A stretch of DNA of 32,000 nt, taken from assembly GCF_002803295.2 (NCBI RefSeq), contig NZ_PGGB02000006.1, positions 10,157 to 42,156 of the forward strand. Reading direction: 5' to 3'. Source of the DNA: Caedibacter taeniospiralis (GTDB taxonomy: Bacteria > Pseudomonadota > Gammaproteobacteria > Francisellales > Francisellaceae). Shown here in pieces: positions 20,188 through 30,586 of this stretch. Each line of letters begins with the position of its first letter. The stretch's first letter is position 1. Position numbers and translations under genes: made by a program. Under the pieces are notes generated by a model. It was given only the letters and a program-made list of their open reading frames with translations, was not told the origin of the DNA and ran no database searches.

Positions 20188-20277
20188 ATGTCTAAACTTT
20201 TACGTGAAAATTTCTGGCAAGCATTACCACTTAAAGCACTAAATGACGCTGAGTGGGAGGCGTTATGTCAGCGATGA
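20188..20277 (+). pseudogene. N-terminal remnant resembling YcgN/UPF0260 cysteine-cluster protein
   Basis: ORF MSKLLRENFWQALPLKALNDAEWEALCQR* resembles the YcgN N-terminus (FW...KTL..MSDAEWE.LCDGCGQCC) and stops exactly where the cysteine cluster should begin. No continuation is visible in the other two frames. Confidence 0.5.
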
Positions 20278-20370
20278 AAGAGTCTCAAGTGGAAAATATT
20301 TACACTCGACTTTTTCGGTCGATGTTTTATTATATGCCTTGACCCCATTTAACACGCTCATCTAAAGTCC

Positions 20371-21327
20371 ATGCCACAGGCGAATAATCATTACAAAGAC
20401 ACTTCCAAGACTCATTGGTCCAAATTACCCGAGAAGGGAAATCTCTTGGCACTTAAGATTATGCTGGCAGCTGTTAAATTAATTGGTAGACGCATTACTT
20501 ACTGTTTGGCTTACCCTGTCATGGTGTACTTTTATTGTTTTAACAAAACAGCACGCCTGGCATCACAGCAATATTTTTTGAATCTTGCAACTTATGCCAG
20601 GCACCAGAATATTCATATCAAGGCTATGGCATTTCAGCAGTTTGTTGCTTTCGGTCATAACCTGGTCGATAAAGTCGCCGTGTGGAATCACCAGATAACA
20701 CGAGAGCATCTTAATTTCCCAAATCGCCATGAACTCCTGCACTTAATCAATAGCAAACAAGGCTTTGTTATCTTTAGCGCTCACCTTGGCAATATCGAAA
20801 TTATGCGCGCCATTGCTTCGTCTTCTCAAACCTGTAAAATCAACGCACTTATTTTCAATCAACACGCCCAGAAATTTAACGAGCTCCTAACTACACTTAA
20901 CCCAGACTCTCAGCTTAATCTCATTCCTGTAGTGAATTTTGACCTAAGCATTGCAATGCAATTACAACATAAAATTGATCAGGGTGAGATCGTCATTATT
21001 GCCTGCGATCGCACCCCCACCAGTCGAAAGCAACACTTGGTTTCAGCTAGCTTTTTAGGCAAAAAAGCGCAATTTCCACAGGGCGGATTCCTACTTGCTC
21101 ACCTTTTAAAAGCTCCTGTTTACACGATGTTATGCCTTAAAAATAAGCAAAAATATGACGTGATTTTCCGTCTATTTGCTACCCAACTGCACCTTTCAAG
21201 ACAACAGCGTGAACAGGAACTGACCCAGTATGCCCAACAATACAGTGACTTTCTCGCCGAGTATTGTTTACAATATCCAACCCAGTGGTTTAATTTTTTT
21301 GATTTCTGGCGCAAATCTGATGAATAG
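20371..21327 (+). CDS. Lysophospholipid/lipid A acyltransferase family protein (LPLAT superfamily)
   Basis: GFVIFSAHLGNIEIMRAIA (HxxxxE-like active site), IVIIACDRTPTSRKQHLVSASFLGKKAQFPQGGFLLAHLLKAPVYTM. Confidence 0.85.
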   Translation: MPQANNHYKDTSKTHWSKLPEKGNLLALKIMLAAVKLIGRRITYCLAYPVMVYFYCFNKTARLASQQYFLNLATYARHQNIHIKAMAFQQFVAFGHNLVDKVAVWNHQITREHLNFPNRHELLHLINSKQGFVIFSAHLGNIEIMRAIASSSQTCKINALIFNQHAQKFNELLTTLNPDSQLNLIPVVNFDLSIAMQLQHKIDQGEIVIIACDRTPTSRKQHLVSASFLGKKAQFPQGGFLLAHLLKAPVYTMLCLKNKQKYDVIFRLFATQLHLSRQQREQELTQYAQQYSDFLAEYCLQYPTQWFNFFDFWRKSDE

Positions 21328-21745
21328 CAAGACCGTTTCACATGTCAGTGAAATTACGATTCCATTTTATGATGTAGATAGCCTGCAGATCGCATGGCAT
21401 GGTCATTATGTCAAATACTTTGAAATTGCTCGCTGTGAGCTTTTAGATAAAATTGGCTACGACTATTCTGCCATGGCAGAAAGCGGCTACATCTGGCCTG
21501 TGGTAGATCTGCACATTAAATACATTCAACCTGCGAGATTTGGGCAGTTGATTGAGATTCAGAGTTTGATTATTGAATACCAGAATCGCCTTAAGATCAG
21601 TTATGTGATCTATGACAAACTCACAAGGCAAAAACTCACCAAGGGACATACGACACAACTTGCTATTGCCCGAAATACTCAAGAGCTGCAGTTTGTTTCT
21701 CCATCGATATTAATTCATAAAATTGAGACCTTTAGCCATGATTAA
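21320..21745 (+). CDS. Acyl-CoA thioesterase (4HBT/YbgC hotdog fold)
   Basis: EITIPFYDVDSLQIAWHGHYVKYFEIARCELLDKIGYDY is the classic YbgC/4HBT active-site region. Start at MNSKTV overlaps the acyltransferase stop. Confidence 0.9.
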   Translation: MNSKTVSHVSEITIPFYDVDSLQIAWHGHYVKYFEIARCELLDKIGYDYSAMAESGYIWPVVDLHIKYIQPARFGQLIEIQSLIIEYQNRLKISYVIYDKLTRQKLTKGHTTQLAIARNTQELQFVSPSILIHKIETFSHD

Positions 21746-22382
21746 AACCATTCAAAAATTACTATTCATCTGCTTTTTAAGCATCTATGTAACGTTGAAT
21801 CTGGCTCACGCAGAAGCCTCTGATGACATTTTTAACCACCCATTGTCGGCAAAAAATCAGCTCGCTTTCGATAAAGTTCAACAAAAACAGGCTAAAATTG
21901 ATCACGTGTGCGGGCAATTTATTCAAATACGTCATATGAAACTACTATCGAAACCCTTGAAATCCAGTGGAACATTTGAACTATCGAAAAAAAATGGACT
22001 AAAGTGGCTACAAGAAAAACCTTTCCAGTCAACTCTAATCGTCACCTCAGATAAAATTGAGCAATCGATAGAGGGTAAACCAGCGATTACCATTACCAAA
22101 AAAGAACAACCCATTGTCTTTTCGTTTACCACGGTATTTCTATCAATCTTTAAAGGTAATGCCGAAGCTTTAAAACAATATTTTTACATCTATTTTACGC
22201 AAAACAATGACTCCTGGCATATTGCTCTTAAGCCGCGAGGTTCACCACTTGACAAAGCAATTCAAAGCATTGAAATGACGGGAGAAAAATACGCCTCACG
22301 CATTCTGGTGAATGAAACGCAAGGCAATCAGATGTCGATTGAGTTTGATAATGTCAAGGAGCTCAACACAAAGCAAATCTAA
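21738..22382 (+). CDS. LolA-like outer-membrane lipoprotein carrier-related protein
   Basis: Signal peptide MIKTIQKLLFICFLSIYVTLNLAHAEA, then VCGQFIQIRHMKLLSKPLKSSGTFELSKKNGLKWLQEKPFQSTLIVTSDKI, the pattern of LolA-related proteins in acyltransferase/thioesterase clusters. Confidence 0.75.
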   Translation: MIKTIQKLLFICFLSIYVTLNLAHAEASDDIFNHPLSAKNQLAFDKVQQKQAKIDHVCGQFIQIRHMKLLSKPLKSSGTFELSKKNGLKWLQEKPFQSTLIVTSDKIEQSIEGKPAITITKKEQPIVFSFTTVFLSIFKGNAEALKQYFYIYFTQNNDSWHIALKPRGSPLDKAIQSIEMTGEKYASRILVNETQGNQMSIEFDNVKELNTKQI

Positions 22383-22496
22383 TCTAATCAGCATGCTTAC
22401 GGTGCTGGAATTACAAACTAATGGCACTACAAGCTTTTGCGATACATTTGATGCCGCTGACTTTAGAAACGCGATTCTTGCGCGAAGGCATATAAA

Positions 22497-22961
22497 CTAG
22501 CAATCACGCACCTTGGGAATAACTAACGTCTGTCCTGCTGCCAGGCGATTTGGATCAGTAATTTTATTGGCTTTTGCAAGACATACGATGCTGATCCTGT
22601 TTTTTCGCGCAATGCTATAAAGGCTATCACCAATCTCAATTTTGTAGGTTACCACTTCATTGGTGTTGTTTGTTGATGTATTTTCTGTTTGTGCAGGTAA
22701 AACGTCATTGTCTCCAGTCATCCCTTCTGCGGGTATTGCACGCTGAGCTTCCGTGACTACTGCGTCTGGCGTTTCTACCAAAGGCACCTTGACCTTGTTT
22801 TCATCCATGCTTCCATTATTCTCCCTCTTTTGCACATCAAACGCAGAAATATTTTGCGCTTGCGTATCTGACTCCACTGCTGGTTTAGGTTCGTTAAACT
22901 GTGCACAGCCTGTTAAAATAAATATTCCTGACAACATAAGACATAGCTTCTTCTTCATCAT
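22497..22961 (-). CDS. LysM-domain lipoprotein
   Basis: Lipobox MMKKKLCLMLSGIFILTGC and C-terminal LysM YKIEIGDSLYSIARKNRISIVCLAKANKITDPNRLAAGQTLVIP. Confidence 0.85.
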   Translation of the reverse strand: MMKKKLCLMLSGIFILTGCAQFNEPKPAVESDTQAQNISAFDVQKRENNGSMDENKVKVPLVETPDAVVTEAQRAIPAEGMTGDNDVLPAQTENTSTNNTNEVVTYKIEIGDSLYSIARKNRISIVCLAKANKITDPNRLAAGQTLVIPKVRDC

Positions 22962-22992
22962 TTTCTCCTTCTAGTCGTGACGATAAACCGTA

Positions 22993-23069
22993 TGGTCGGG
23001 ACGGCGGGACTCGAACCCACGACCTTTAGCACCCCATGCTAACGCGCTACCAGACTGCGCTACGCCCCG
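22993..23069 (-). tRNA. tRNA-Pro (anticodon GGG)
   Basis: Reverse complement CGGGGCGTAGCGCAGTCTGGTAGCGCGTTAGCATGGGGTGCTAAAGGTCGTGGGTTCGAGTCCCGCCGTCCCGACCA folds as a cloverleaf. Anticodon loop ATGGGGT, CCA encoded, 77 nt. Confidence 0.96.
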
Positions 23070-23209
23070 TAAATGATAAAAAATTTACCTTTATTTTGTC
23101 ATGCCTGCAACTAAAAATTTCTCCTCTTTACGGAGCAAACCCTCAAAGAAGAACACGGTTGAAGCAACGAAGGTATCACTCCCAGGATTGATCTTGGACC
23201 ATTTTATTA

Positions 23210-23413
23210 TCAGGCGATGCGAACATTAATGGCCTGCGGGCCACGGCGACGTTCTTCAACCTCAAATGAAACACGTTGATCGTTTGCCAGTGTTTGTAAC
23301 CCATTTAATGCAGTTACGTGAACAAAAACCTCTGAACCACCATTATCAGGTTTGATAAAGCCAAAGCCTTTTGTTTCATTAAAAAATTTTACGGCACCTG
23401 TTTGCTGCGACAT
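23210..23413 (-). CDS. Cold-shock domain protein (CspA family)
   Basis: 67 aa: [31 protein letters not shown], with RNP1 (KGFGFI) and RNP2 (VFVHV). Confidence 0.96.
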   Translation of the reverse strand: MSQQTGAVKFFNETKGFGFIKPDNGGSEVFVHVTALNGLQTLANDQRVSFEVEERRRGPQAINVRIA

Positions 23414-23767
23414 ACTCTCTACTCTCTTACTTTATTTGAATTAAACTCCGTCGACTCCATGTGCTCTAAACGCGCTTGCCAACACATCTGTGGTGACCAA
23501 ATCACACACCTATGCAAACAAAATCATTCAAAGACCATAAAAGTCGGCGCCAGTATAGCAAGACTGCATAAAAAGCAAATCTTTTTATCAGCAAGTTGTC
23601 ACTTTATTGATCAGCGTAGTTATGCACCTTTGCGTTTTTCAACACCCTGCCTCACAAGCTCTGGGTGTGGGGCTGACGTGGTGTTTTCTAAACTACAGTG
23701 CGTAACTCCAGTCAATCAGAAACTGGAATGAAAGCTAGTCGGGGAAACTAAAGAGTCATACCTACAT

Positions 23768-23932
23768 ATACCACTCATAAACCATTTTACAGAGTTTCTT
23801 GCTTTGCATTTTGCGTGATTTTGGTAAGTTGAACTTTGACAATAGTCCCCACTATTCCCTGCAATTCACCTTACCAAAATCTTCACAAACTGCTTTGCAA
23901 CTAAGCACCGCAAAATGATTTACGAGTGGTAT
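23768..23932. repeat. 165-bp segment bounded by imperfect 21-bp inverted repeats
   Basis: ATACCACTCATAAACCATTTT (23768-23788) versus reverse complement of 23912-23932 ATACCACTCGTAAATCATTTT, 19/21 identical. Confidence 0.6.
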
Positions 23933-23998
23933 AGAAATACTGCAAAACCGTTTGCAAGTGGTATACAATGCCCCCATTGAAAGGAGAGTGTTTTATCT

Positions 23999-24973
23999 AT
24001 GTCTATGATCAGCCCATTTATTAGTGATGCAATAAAAACCATTAACTTAGAAATCGAAAGCCTGGAAAATCTTAAAAACTATATTGATCAAAGTTTTATT
24101 GCTGCCTGCGAGTTGATTCTCAAATGCCAAGGGCGAGTCATTATTATTGGCATGGGTAAATCAGGGCATATTGCCTCTAAGATTGCTGCCACGCTTGCAA
24201 GCACGGGGACGCCTGCATTTTTCGTGCATCCAGCGGAAGCAGGACATGGCGACTTTGGCATGATTACGCGCCAAGATATTGTCATCGCTATTTCTAACTC
24301 AGGATCAACCCCTGAATTAACGGCATTGATCCCTATGATCAAACGCCTTAATATTCCTTTGATTTCAATATCCAGCAAACCAGAATCGGCACTGGCACAA
24401 GCGGCCGATATTTCGTTGAATCTGGGTGTCACTAAAGAAGCTTGTCCGCACAATCTTGCCCCCACTTCAAGTACAACGACAACACTCGTGCTGGGGGATG
24501 CACTTGCCATCGCCCTTCTTAACGCCAAGAATTTTAGCGCAGAGGATTTCGCAAGCTCACACCCTAGTGGCGCGCTTGGCAAACGGTTACTCCTCAAGGT
24601 GTCTGATTTAATGAAAACAGGTCATGCACTCCCGATTGTAAGCTCAAAAAGCTCGTTGGAAGAGGCTATTTTAGAAATTAGCTCCAAGGGCTTAGGAATG
24701 TGCCTTGTTTCCGATGATCACAAAACGTTAAACGGTATTTTTACGGATGGTGACTTGCGCAGAGTATTTCAACAATCCTTGTATCACAAAGGCATGCCTA
24801 TCGCTGAAGTCATGGGCAAAAAACCAAAAACCATCTCCGCTCAGTCCATGGCAATTGACGCATTAACCATCATGAACCAGCTAAAAATTACCACGCTTGC
24901 CGTCTTGAACGAACACAGTGAAATCTCTGGGATAATTCATATGCACGACCTCGTGCGCGAAGGAATTGCTTAA
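23999..24973 (+). CDS. kdsD: Arabinose-5-phosphate isomerase (KpsF/GutQ family)
   Basis: SIS domain GRVIIIGMGKSGHIASKIAATLASTGTPAFFVHPAEAGHGDFGMI plus two C-terminal CBS domains. Confidence 0.93.
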   Translation: MSMISPFISDAIKTINLEIESLENLKNYIDQSFIAACELILKCQGRVIIIGMGKSGHIASKIAATLASTGTPAFFVHPAEAGHGDFGMITRQDIVIAISNSGSTPELTALIPMIKRLNIPLISISSKPESALAQAADISLNLGVTKEACPHNLAPTSSTTTTLVLGDALAIALLNAKNFSAEDFASSHPSGALGKRLLLKVSDLMKTGHALPIVSSKSSLEEAILEISSKGLGMCLVSDDHKTLNGIFTDGDLRRVFQQSLYHKGMPIAEVMGKKPKTISAQSMAIDALTIMNQLKITTLAVLNEHSEISGIIHMHDLVREGIA

Positions 24974-24983
24974 GCCACTGTAT

Positions 24984-25241
24984 TTAGCTTGAAAAATCAA
25001 GCACATAAATACCATATTTTTTAATCTTTGACCTCAATGTCGCAGGGCTTATCCCCAATACTTCAGCGGTATTGTTAAGATGAAAACCCGTGTAAGCCAG
25101 CGTAGCTTCAATCAACCCTCGTTCGATTTCCTCCGTTACCAAGCTCATCATAAAACGCGGCTCATCTTGTGGATTTTTTCTTGCTTCCTCATAGCGCATT
25201 TCAGCAATGGCATAAATGAATCTTTCTATATTGCTACTCAT
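24984..25241 (-). CDS. Fis-type helix-turn-helix protein
   Basis: C-terminal EEIERGLIEATLAYTGFHLNNTAEVLGISPATLRSKIKKYGI matches the Fis/NtrC-type HTH. Start set at MSSNIERF. Confidence 0.75.
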   Translation of the reverse strand: MSSNIERFIYAIAEMRYEEARKNPQDEPRFMMSLVTEEIERGLIEATLAYTGFHLNNTAEVLGISPATLRSKIKKYGIYVLDFSS

Positions 25242-25423
25242 GATTAATTTCCTTATATGCTTGTTCTTGTACCTTAAGCATAGAAGCTGTTTTAACCTGA
25301 GCATAAGGAAATAAGCAACTCAAGTCTGTGGCTATTGCTGAAATATTTGTAATCAAATCGCCATGTTTTTGTGACTCTGTTATCATAGACGCAGAGGCAT
25401 CATGAGTAACTTTGAATTGAACT

Positions 25424-27445
25424 ATGCGACTTGATAGACAAAATAACCCATTTCAGCTGGCGACAAATTACGCACCAGCAGGGGATCAGCCTGATGCTAT
25501 TGCTTCGTTGACAAAAGGACTACATGACGGTCTCAGGCATCAGACACTTCTTGGTGTTACAGGCTCTGGCAAAACCTATACGATTGCCAACGTTATCCAA
25601 AATGTTCAGCGCCCCACCTTGATTTTGGCGCACAACAAAACGCTGGCCGCGCAACTTTACGCCGAGATGAAGCAGTTTTTCCCCAATAATGCTGTTGAAT
25701 ACTTCGTATCCTATTATGACTACTATCAACCTGAAGCCTATGTTGCCGCCTCTGACACTTATATTGAAAAAGATTCTTCCATTAATGAACATGTTGAACA
25801 AATGCGTCTTTCTGCGACCAAAGCCATTTTGGAACGAGAGGATGTCATCATTGTTGCCACAGTTTCTGCCATTTACGGATTGGGGGACCCTGAACAATAC
25901 ATGCAAATGCTCCTGCATTTAAAAGTTGGAGAGAAAATGGATCAACGAAGCATTTTGCGTAGGCTAAGTGACATGCAATACCAGCGCAACGACATGGATT
26001 TCTCACGAGGCACTTATCGCGTGCGCGGCGAAGTTATCGACATATTTCCTGCTGATTCAGACAAGGATGCCGTGAGAGTTGAGTTATTTGATGACGAAAT
26101 TGAAAGCATTAAGCTCATTGACCCACTCACGGGTAAAATGACCTCAAGCACTTATCGTGCCACCATTTTCCCAAGCACACATTATGTCAGCTCCAAAGAA
26201 CGTCAGCAAAGCATGGTTGAAGAAATCAAAGATGAACTGCGAGAGCGCATCCGTTACTTTCAAAAAGAAAATCGTCTACTAGAAGCCCAGCGCATTGAAC
26301 AACGCACACTCTATGATATCGAGATGATTAATGAGCTAGGTTATTGCACAGGAATCGAGAACTATTCACGGCTGCTTTCTGCACGCGCCCCTGGCGAACC
26401 ACCACCGACTTTATTAGATTATTTGCCTGAAAATGCTTTTATCGTGATCGATGAGTCGCATGTGACCATTCCGCAGTTTGGCGGAATGTACAAAGGAGAT
26501 CGCTCACGCAAAGAAAACCTGGTCAATTATGGTTTTCGTCTGCCATCTGCCTTGGATAATCGCCCTTTAAAATTCCATGAATTTGAGGCGCTTATCTCAC
26601 AGGCAATTTATGTCTCAGCAACCCCTGCCGAGTATGAGGCGAAACATCAACAAAACGTGGCTGAACAAGTGGTGCGTCCAACGGGATTATTAGATCCAAT
26701 TGTTGAAGTAAGACCCGTAACTATTCAAGTTGATGATGCATTATCGGAGATCAACAAAGCTGTGAGCAAAGATGAACGTATACTCATCACTACCCTCACC
26801 AAGCGCATGGCTGAAGATTTAACCGATTACTTAGCTGAACATGGCGTCAATGTCCGTTATCTGCATGCTGATGTTGATACGGTCGAACGCGTGGAAATCA
26901 TTCGCGATTTGCGTTTGGGCGTTTTTGATGTGCTTGTCGGAATCAATCTATTACGCGAAGGTTTAGATATGCCTGAGGTCAGCACGGTACTCATCTTTGA
27001 TGCGGACAAAGAAGGATTTTTGCGCTCAGAGCGCTCTTTGATTCAAACTATTGGGCGAGCTGCTCGCCACATCAAGGGCAAAGCTATTCTTTATGCTGAG
27101 GTCATCACAGGATCAATGCAACGAGCCATGGATGAAACGTTGCGCCGACGCAACAAGCAACAAGTGTTTAACACCAAGCACGGTATCACCCCAGCCTCCA
27201 TTAAAAAGAAGGTCGGCGACTTATTTGAGCTATCTCCCGAATTGAGTAAAAAAAGCGCGAAAAATAACGCCAGGAAAAAAGTTACTGATATTCAGGTCGA
27301 TGAGATTTTGGGCGTCAAAGAAGCCATTAACCTGATAAAAAAACTCGAAAAAACCATGAAGGATCACGCCAGAAATCTTGAGTTTGAAGAGGCAGGACAA
27401 GTCCGAGATCAGATAAAAGTCATTAAAGAGAAATATCTGTTATAA
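25424..27445 (+). CDS. uvrB: Excinuclease ABC subunit B
   Basis: 673 aa: [65 protein letters not shown]-terminal UVR motif. Confidence 0.98.
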   Translation: MRLDRQNNPFQLATNYAPAGDQPDAIASLTKGLHDGLRHQTLLGVTGSGKTYTIANVIQNVQRPTLILAHNKTLAAQLYAEMKQFFPNNAVEYFVSYYDYYQPEAYVAASDTYIEKDSSINEHVEQMRLSATKAILEREDVIIVATVSAIYGLGDPEQYMQMLLHLKVGEKMDQRSILRRLSDMQYQRNDMDFSRGTYRVRGEVIDIFPADSDKDAVRVELFDDEIESIKLIDPLTGKMTSSTYRATIFPSTHYVSSKERQQSMVEEIKDELRERIRYFQKENRLLEAQRIEQRTLYDIEMINELGYCTGIENYSRLLSARAPGEPPPTLLDYLPENAFIVIDESHVTIPQFGGMYKGDRSRKENLVNYGFRLPSALDNRPLKFHEFEALISQAIYVSATPAEYEAKHQQNVAEQVVRPTGLLDPIVEVRPVTIQVDDALSEINKAVSKDERILITTLTKRMAEDLTDYLAEHGVNVRYLHADVDTVERVEIIRDLRLGVFDVLVGINLLREGLDMPEVSTVLIFDADKEGFLRSERSLIQTIGRAARHIKGKAILYAEVITGSMQRAMDETLRRRNKQQVFNTKHGITPASIKKKVGDLFELSPELSKKSAKNNARKKVTDIQVDEILGVKEAINLIKKLEKTMKDHARNLEFEEAGQVRDQIKVIKEKYLL

Positions 27446-27604
27446 CTAGAGTGATACATGCTGATCAAAGTAGCTGGGGTTAACGCTGATTTCAAACACC
27501 TGATTACATCGGCTTGGATAATCTTTTGAGTATTGGGTATTGTATCCTTTTTTGTCTCTGCCGTATGTGAAACAATCAACTAAACAGGGATATATCCTAT
27601 CTTT

Positions 27605-27691
<87 letters not shown>

Positions 27692-27809
27692 ACAAAACTT
27701 GTGCAATTTAGTAAAATGAACTTCCTTGCAGCCGCAAGAACAGGTGCCATTCTAGCTAAAAGCATAATGATGTCAAACACTATTTTGGTCACTTTCAGCA
27801 AACGGTTTG

Positions 27810-28958
<1,149 letters not shown>

Positions 28959-28972
28959 TCATGGTAGACAAT

Positions 28973-29182
28973 TCATTCTAAAATAGCAATCATCTCCTGA
29001 GGTGGGCGCGCAATCACAGCTTTTGTACTGCTTTCTAAAATAGGGCGCTGTACAAGCTTTGGCTCTTTATACGAAAGCTCAGCAATTTCATCGTCGGAAA
29101 GTATTGTCAGACCTTTGATATTTAACTTCTGATATGCTTCATCCGAGCTACGTGCCATAAGGTGTTTCTCTAATAAATTCAC
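28973..29182 (-). pseudogene. C-terminal fragment of ArsC/Spx-family arsenate reductase-like protein, N-terminus missing
   Basis: LMARSSDEAYQKLNIKGLTILSDDEIAELSYKEPKLVQRPILESSTKAVIARPPQEMIAILE matches the ArsC C-terminal half (LM..K.E.YKELGL...L....HPKLIERPIVV..GKA..GRPPE.VLEIL). The N-terminal thioredoxin-like CxxC/CxxS half is absent. Confidence 0.7.
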
Positions 29183-29720
29183 ATCTCTGTGTAACCGTCA
29201 GCTCTTTTGGCACCATAATGATTTCAAAGCCAAATTCTTTATATACGTCCAAGTGAATTTGCTCAAAAATCAACGCGTCTTCATAGCTGATTTTGCGAGC
29301 ATCAGTATGTTTGATAAAGCCCAGATTTTCGAAAAAGAATACCTTACTCTGGTAAACGCTGGTTTTGAGACAACGATTAATTTCATCAAGTAACACAGGA
29401 GAAGGTGTAAATGCGACATTTTTCCAATGAGATAAATATTTACCAAGAGCATAGGTACAAAAAGGTGAACGATCATAAAACTGCAGATCTCCGATGGCAT
29501 TCATCTGCCTCTCTTTTTGCATACGTGTAATTTGATCTACAAAATCAGACTCTTCCCATGGCTTTTCTATGCCTTTAATTTGCTCTATGCTAATTACGTC
29601 CGTTGCAGCTTCATGAATAACAGCATACCCTAATTTTTCTAACTCTATGATCACAGAGGTTTTTCCACTGCCTGGAGTGCCTGTAAAGATGAAACGTTTA
29701 ACTTGATTTAAATTATTCAT
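29148..29720 (-). CDS. P-loop AAA-family ATPase/kinase-like protein (AAA_28-like)
   Basis: KRFIFTGTPGSGKTSVIIELEKLGYAVIHEAATDVI (Walker A) and QFYDRSPFCTYALGKYL. Confidence 0.8.
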   Translation of the reverse strand: MNNLNQVKRFIFTGTPGSGKTSVIIELEKLGYAVIHEAATDVISIEQIKGIEKPWEESDFVDQITRMQKERQMNAIGDLQFYDRSPFCTYALGKYLSHWKNVAFTPSPVLLDEINRCLKTSVYQSKVFFFENLGFIKHTDARKISYEDALIFEQIHLDVYKEFGFEIIMVPKELTVTQRCEFIRETPYGT

Positions 29721-30448
29721 AAGCCAACATCCATTTCAATCAAGCCAACTAATCTTACCGGCGCTTCTGTACCAGCTTTGATTTTGATGGGCAGGACCAT
29801 AACAAAGCCGCAGGTAGGCGGCATACTATCCAAATTTGCTACATTTTCTATGATTATCTTTCCAGTGCCTAAAAAGGTTTTGTGAACTTTAAAGCCATCT
29901 TCCGGGCGATCAGGTGAAAGTGTATCAATGCCAATGGCGCTCACGCCTCGTTCAAGCAGGAGTTCTGCAGCTTCGGGGGATATAGATGGAAACACATGGT
30001 TATTATGGTATTTTGAAGGTGTGTTCCAGAATTTGTTCCAACCAGTTTTGACCATTACACATGAACCACCTGTGATCTTGCCATACTTGCTTTCAAAATC
30101 CGCCACATCTTGGGCACTCAAGGAATAGCGTTTATGGCATTTATCCGATACATCAACGACCAAACAAGGCATGATCAAATCATTTACATCAAAATCATGA
30201 ATACACTTACCCCCAGCAATACAATGGCTTGGCGCGTCCATATGAGTACCGATTCCCGAATGCATTTTGATTTTCATGACACGGAATTTATCCTCGTCGT
30301 CACAATCAGAGTAATCTATGTGGAGCTCATGATTAAACCCGCACTCACCACTCCAGGTAGGGATAGTGTCATCAAGTGCGTGGGTTAGATCAATAAGTTT
30401 GTAGGGGAAAGTCATCAAACATCTCACATCAATTTCTTCGTAAACCAT
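29717..30448 (-). CDS. Cyclase family protein (kynurenine formamidase-like metal-dependent hydrolase)
   Basis: LIDLTHALDDTIPTWSG and metal-binding motif GIGTHMDAPSHCIAGG (HxDxPxH), plus RGVSAIGIDTLSPDRP. Confidence 0.88.
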   Translation of the reverse strand: MVYEEIDVRCLMTFPYKLIDLTHALDDTIPTWSGECGFNHELHIDYSDCDDEDKFRVMKIKMHSGIGTHMDAPSHCIAGGKCIHDFDVNDLIMPCLVVDVSDKCHKRYSLSAQDVADFESKYGKITGGSCVMVKTGWNKFWNTPSKYHNNHVFPSISPEAAELLLERGVSAIGIDTLSPDRPEDGFKVHKTFLGTGKIIIENVANLDSMPPTCGFVMVLPIKIKAGTEAPVRLVGLIEMDVGL

Positions 30449-30586
30449 ACCAGATCATCACATCTGTGACCAGTTTGAATCATAGGGGACCACTGTGATA
30501 CTTCTTTTTTATCCATAGAATTTTAGCTCCACACATCAACACCCTCTTTCCTCATACAAACCCAAGCAATCAATTTCATTGCTTGC

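Noticed and set aside
23414-23700. Structured 5' UTR or thermosensor of the cold-shock gene
   Set aside because: The ~290 bp upstream is non-coding and includes an ACACCC...GGGTGT hairpin, but without promoter mapping I cannot place the transcript start or support a specific RNA element.
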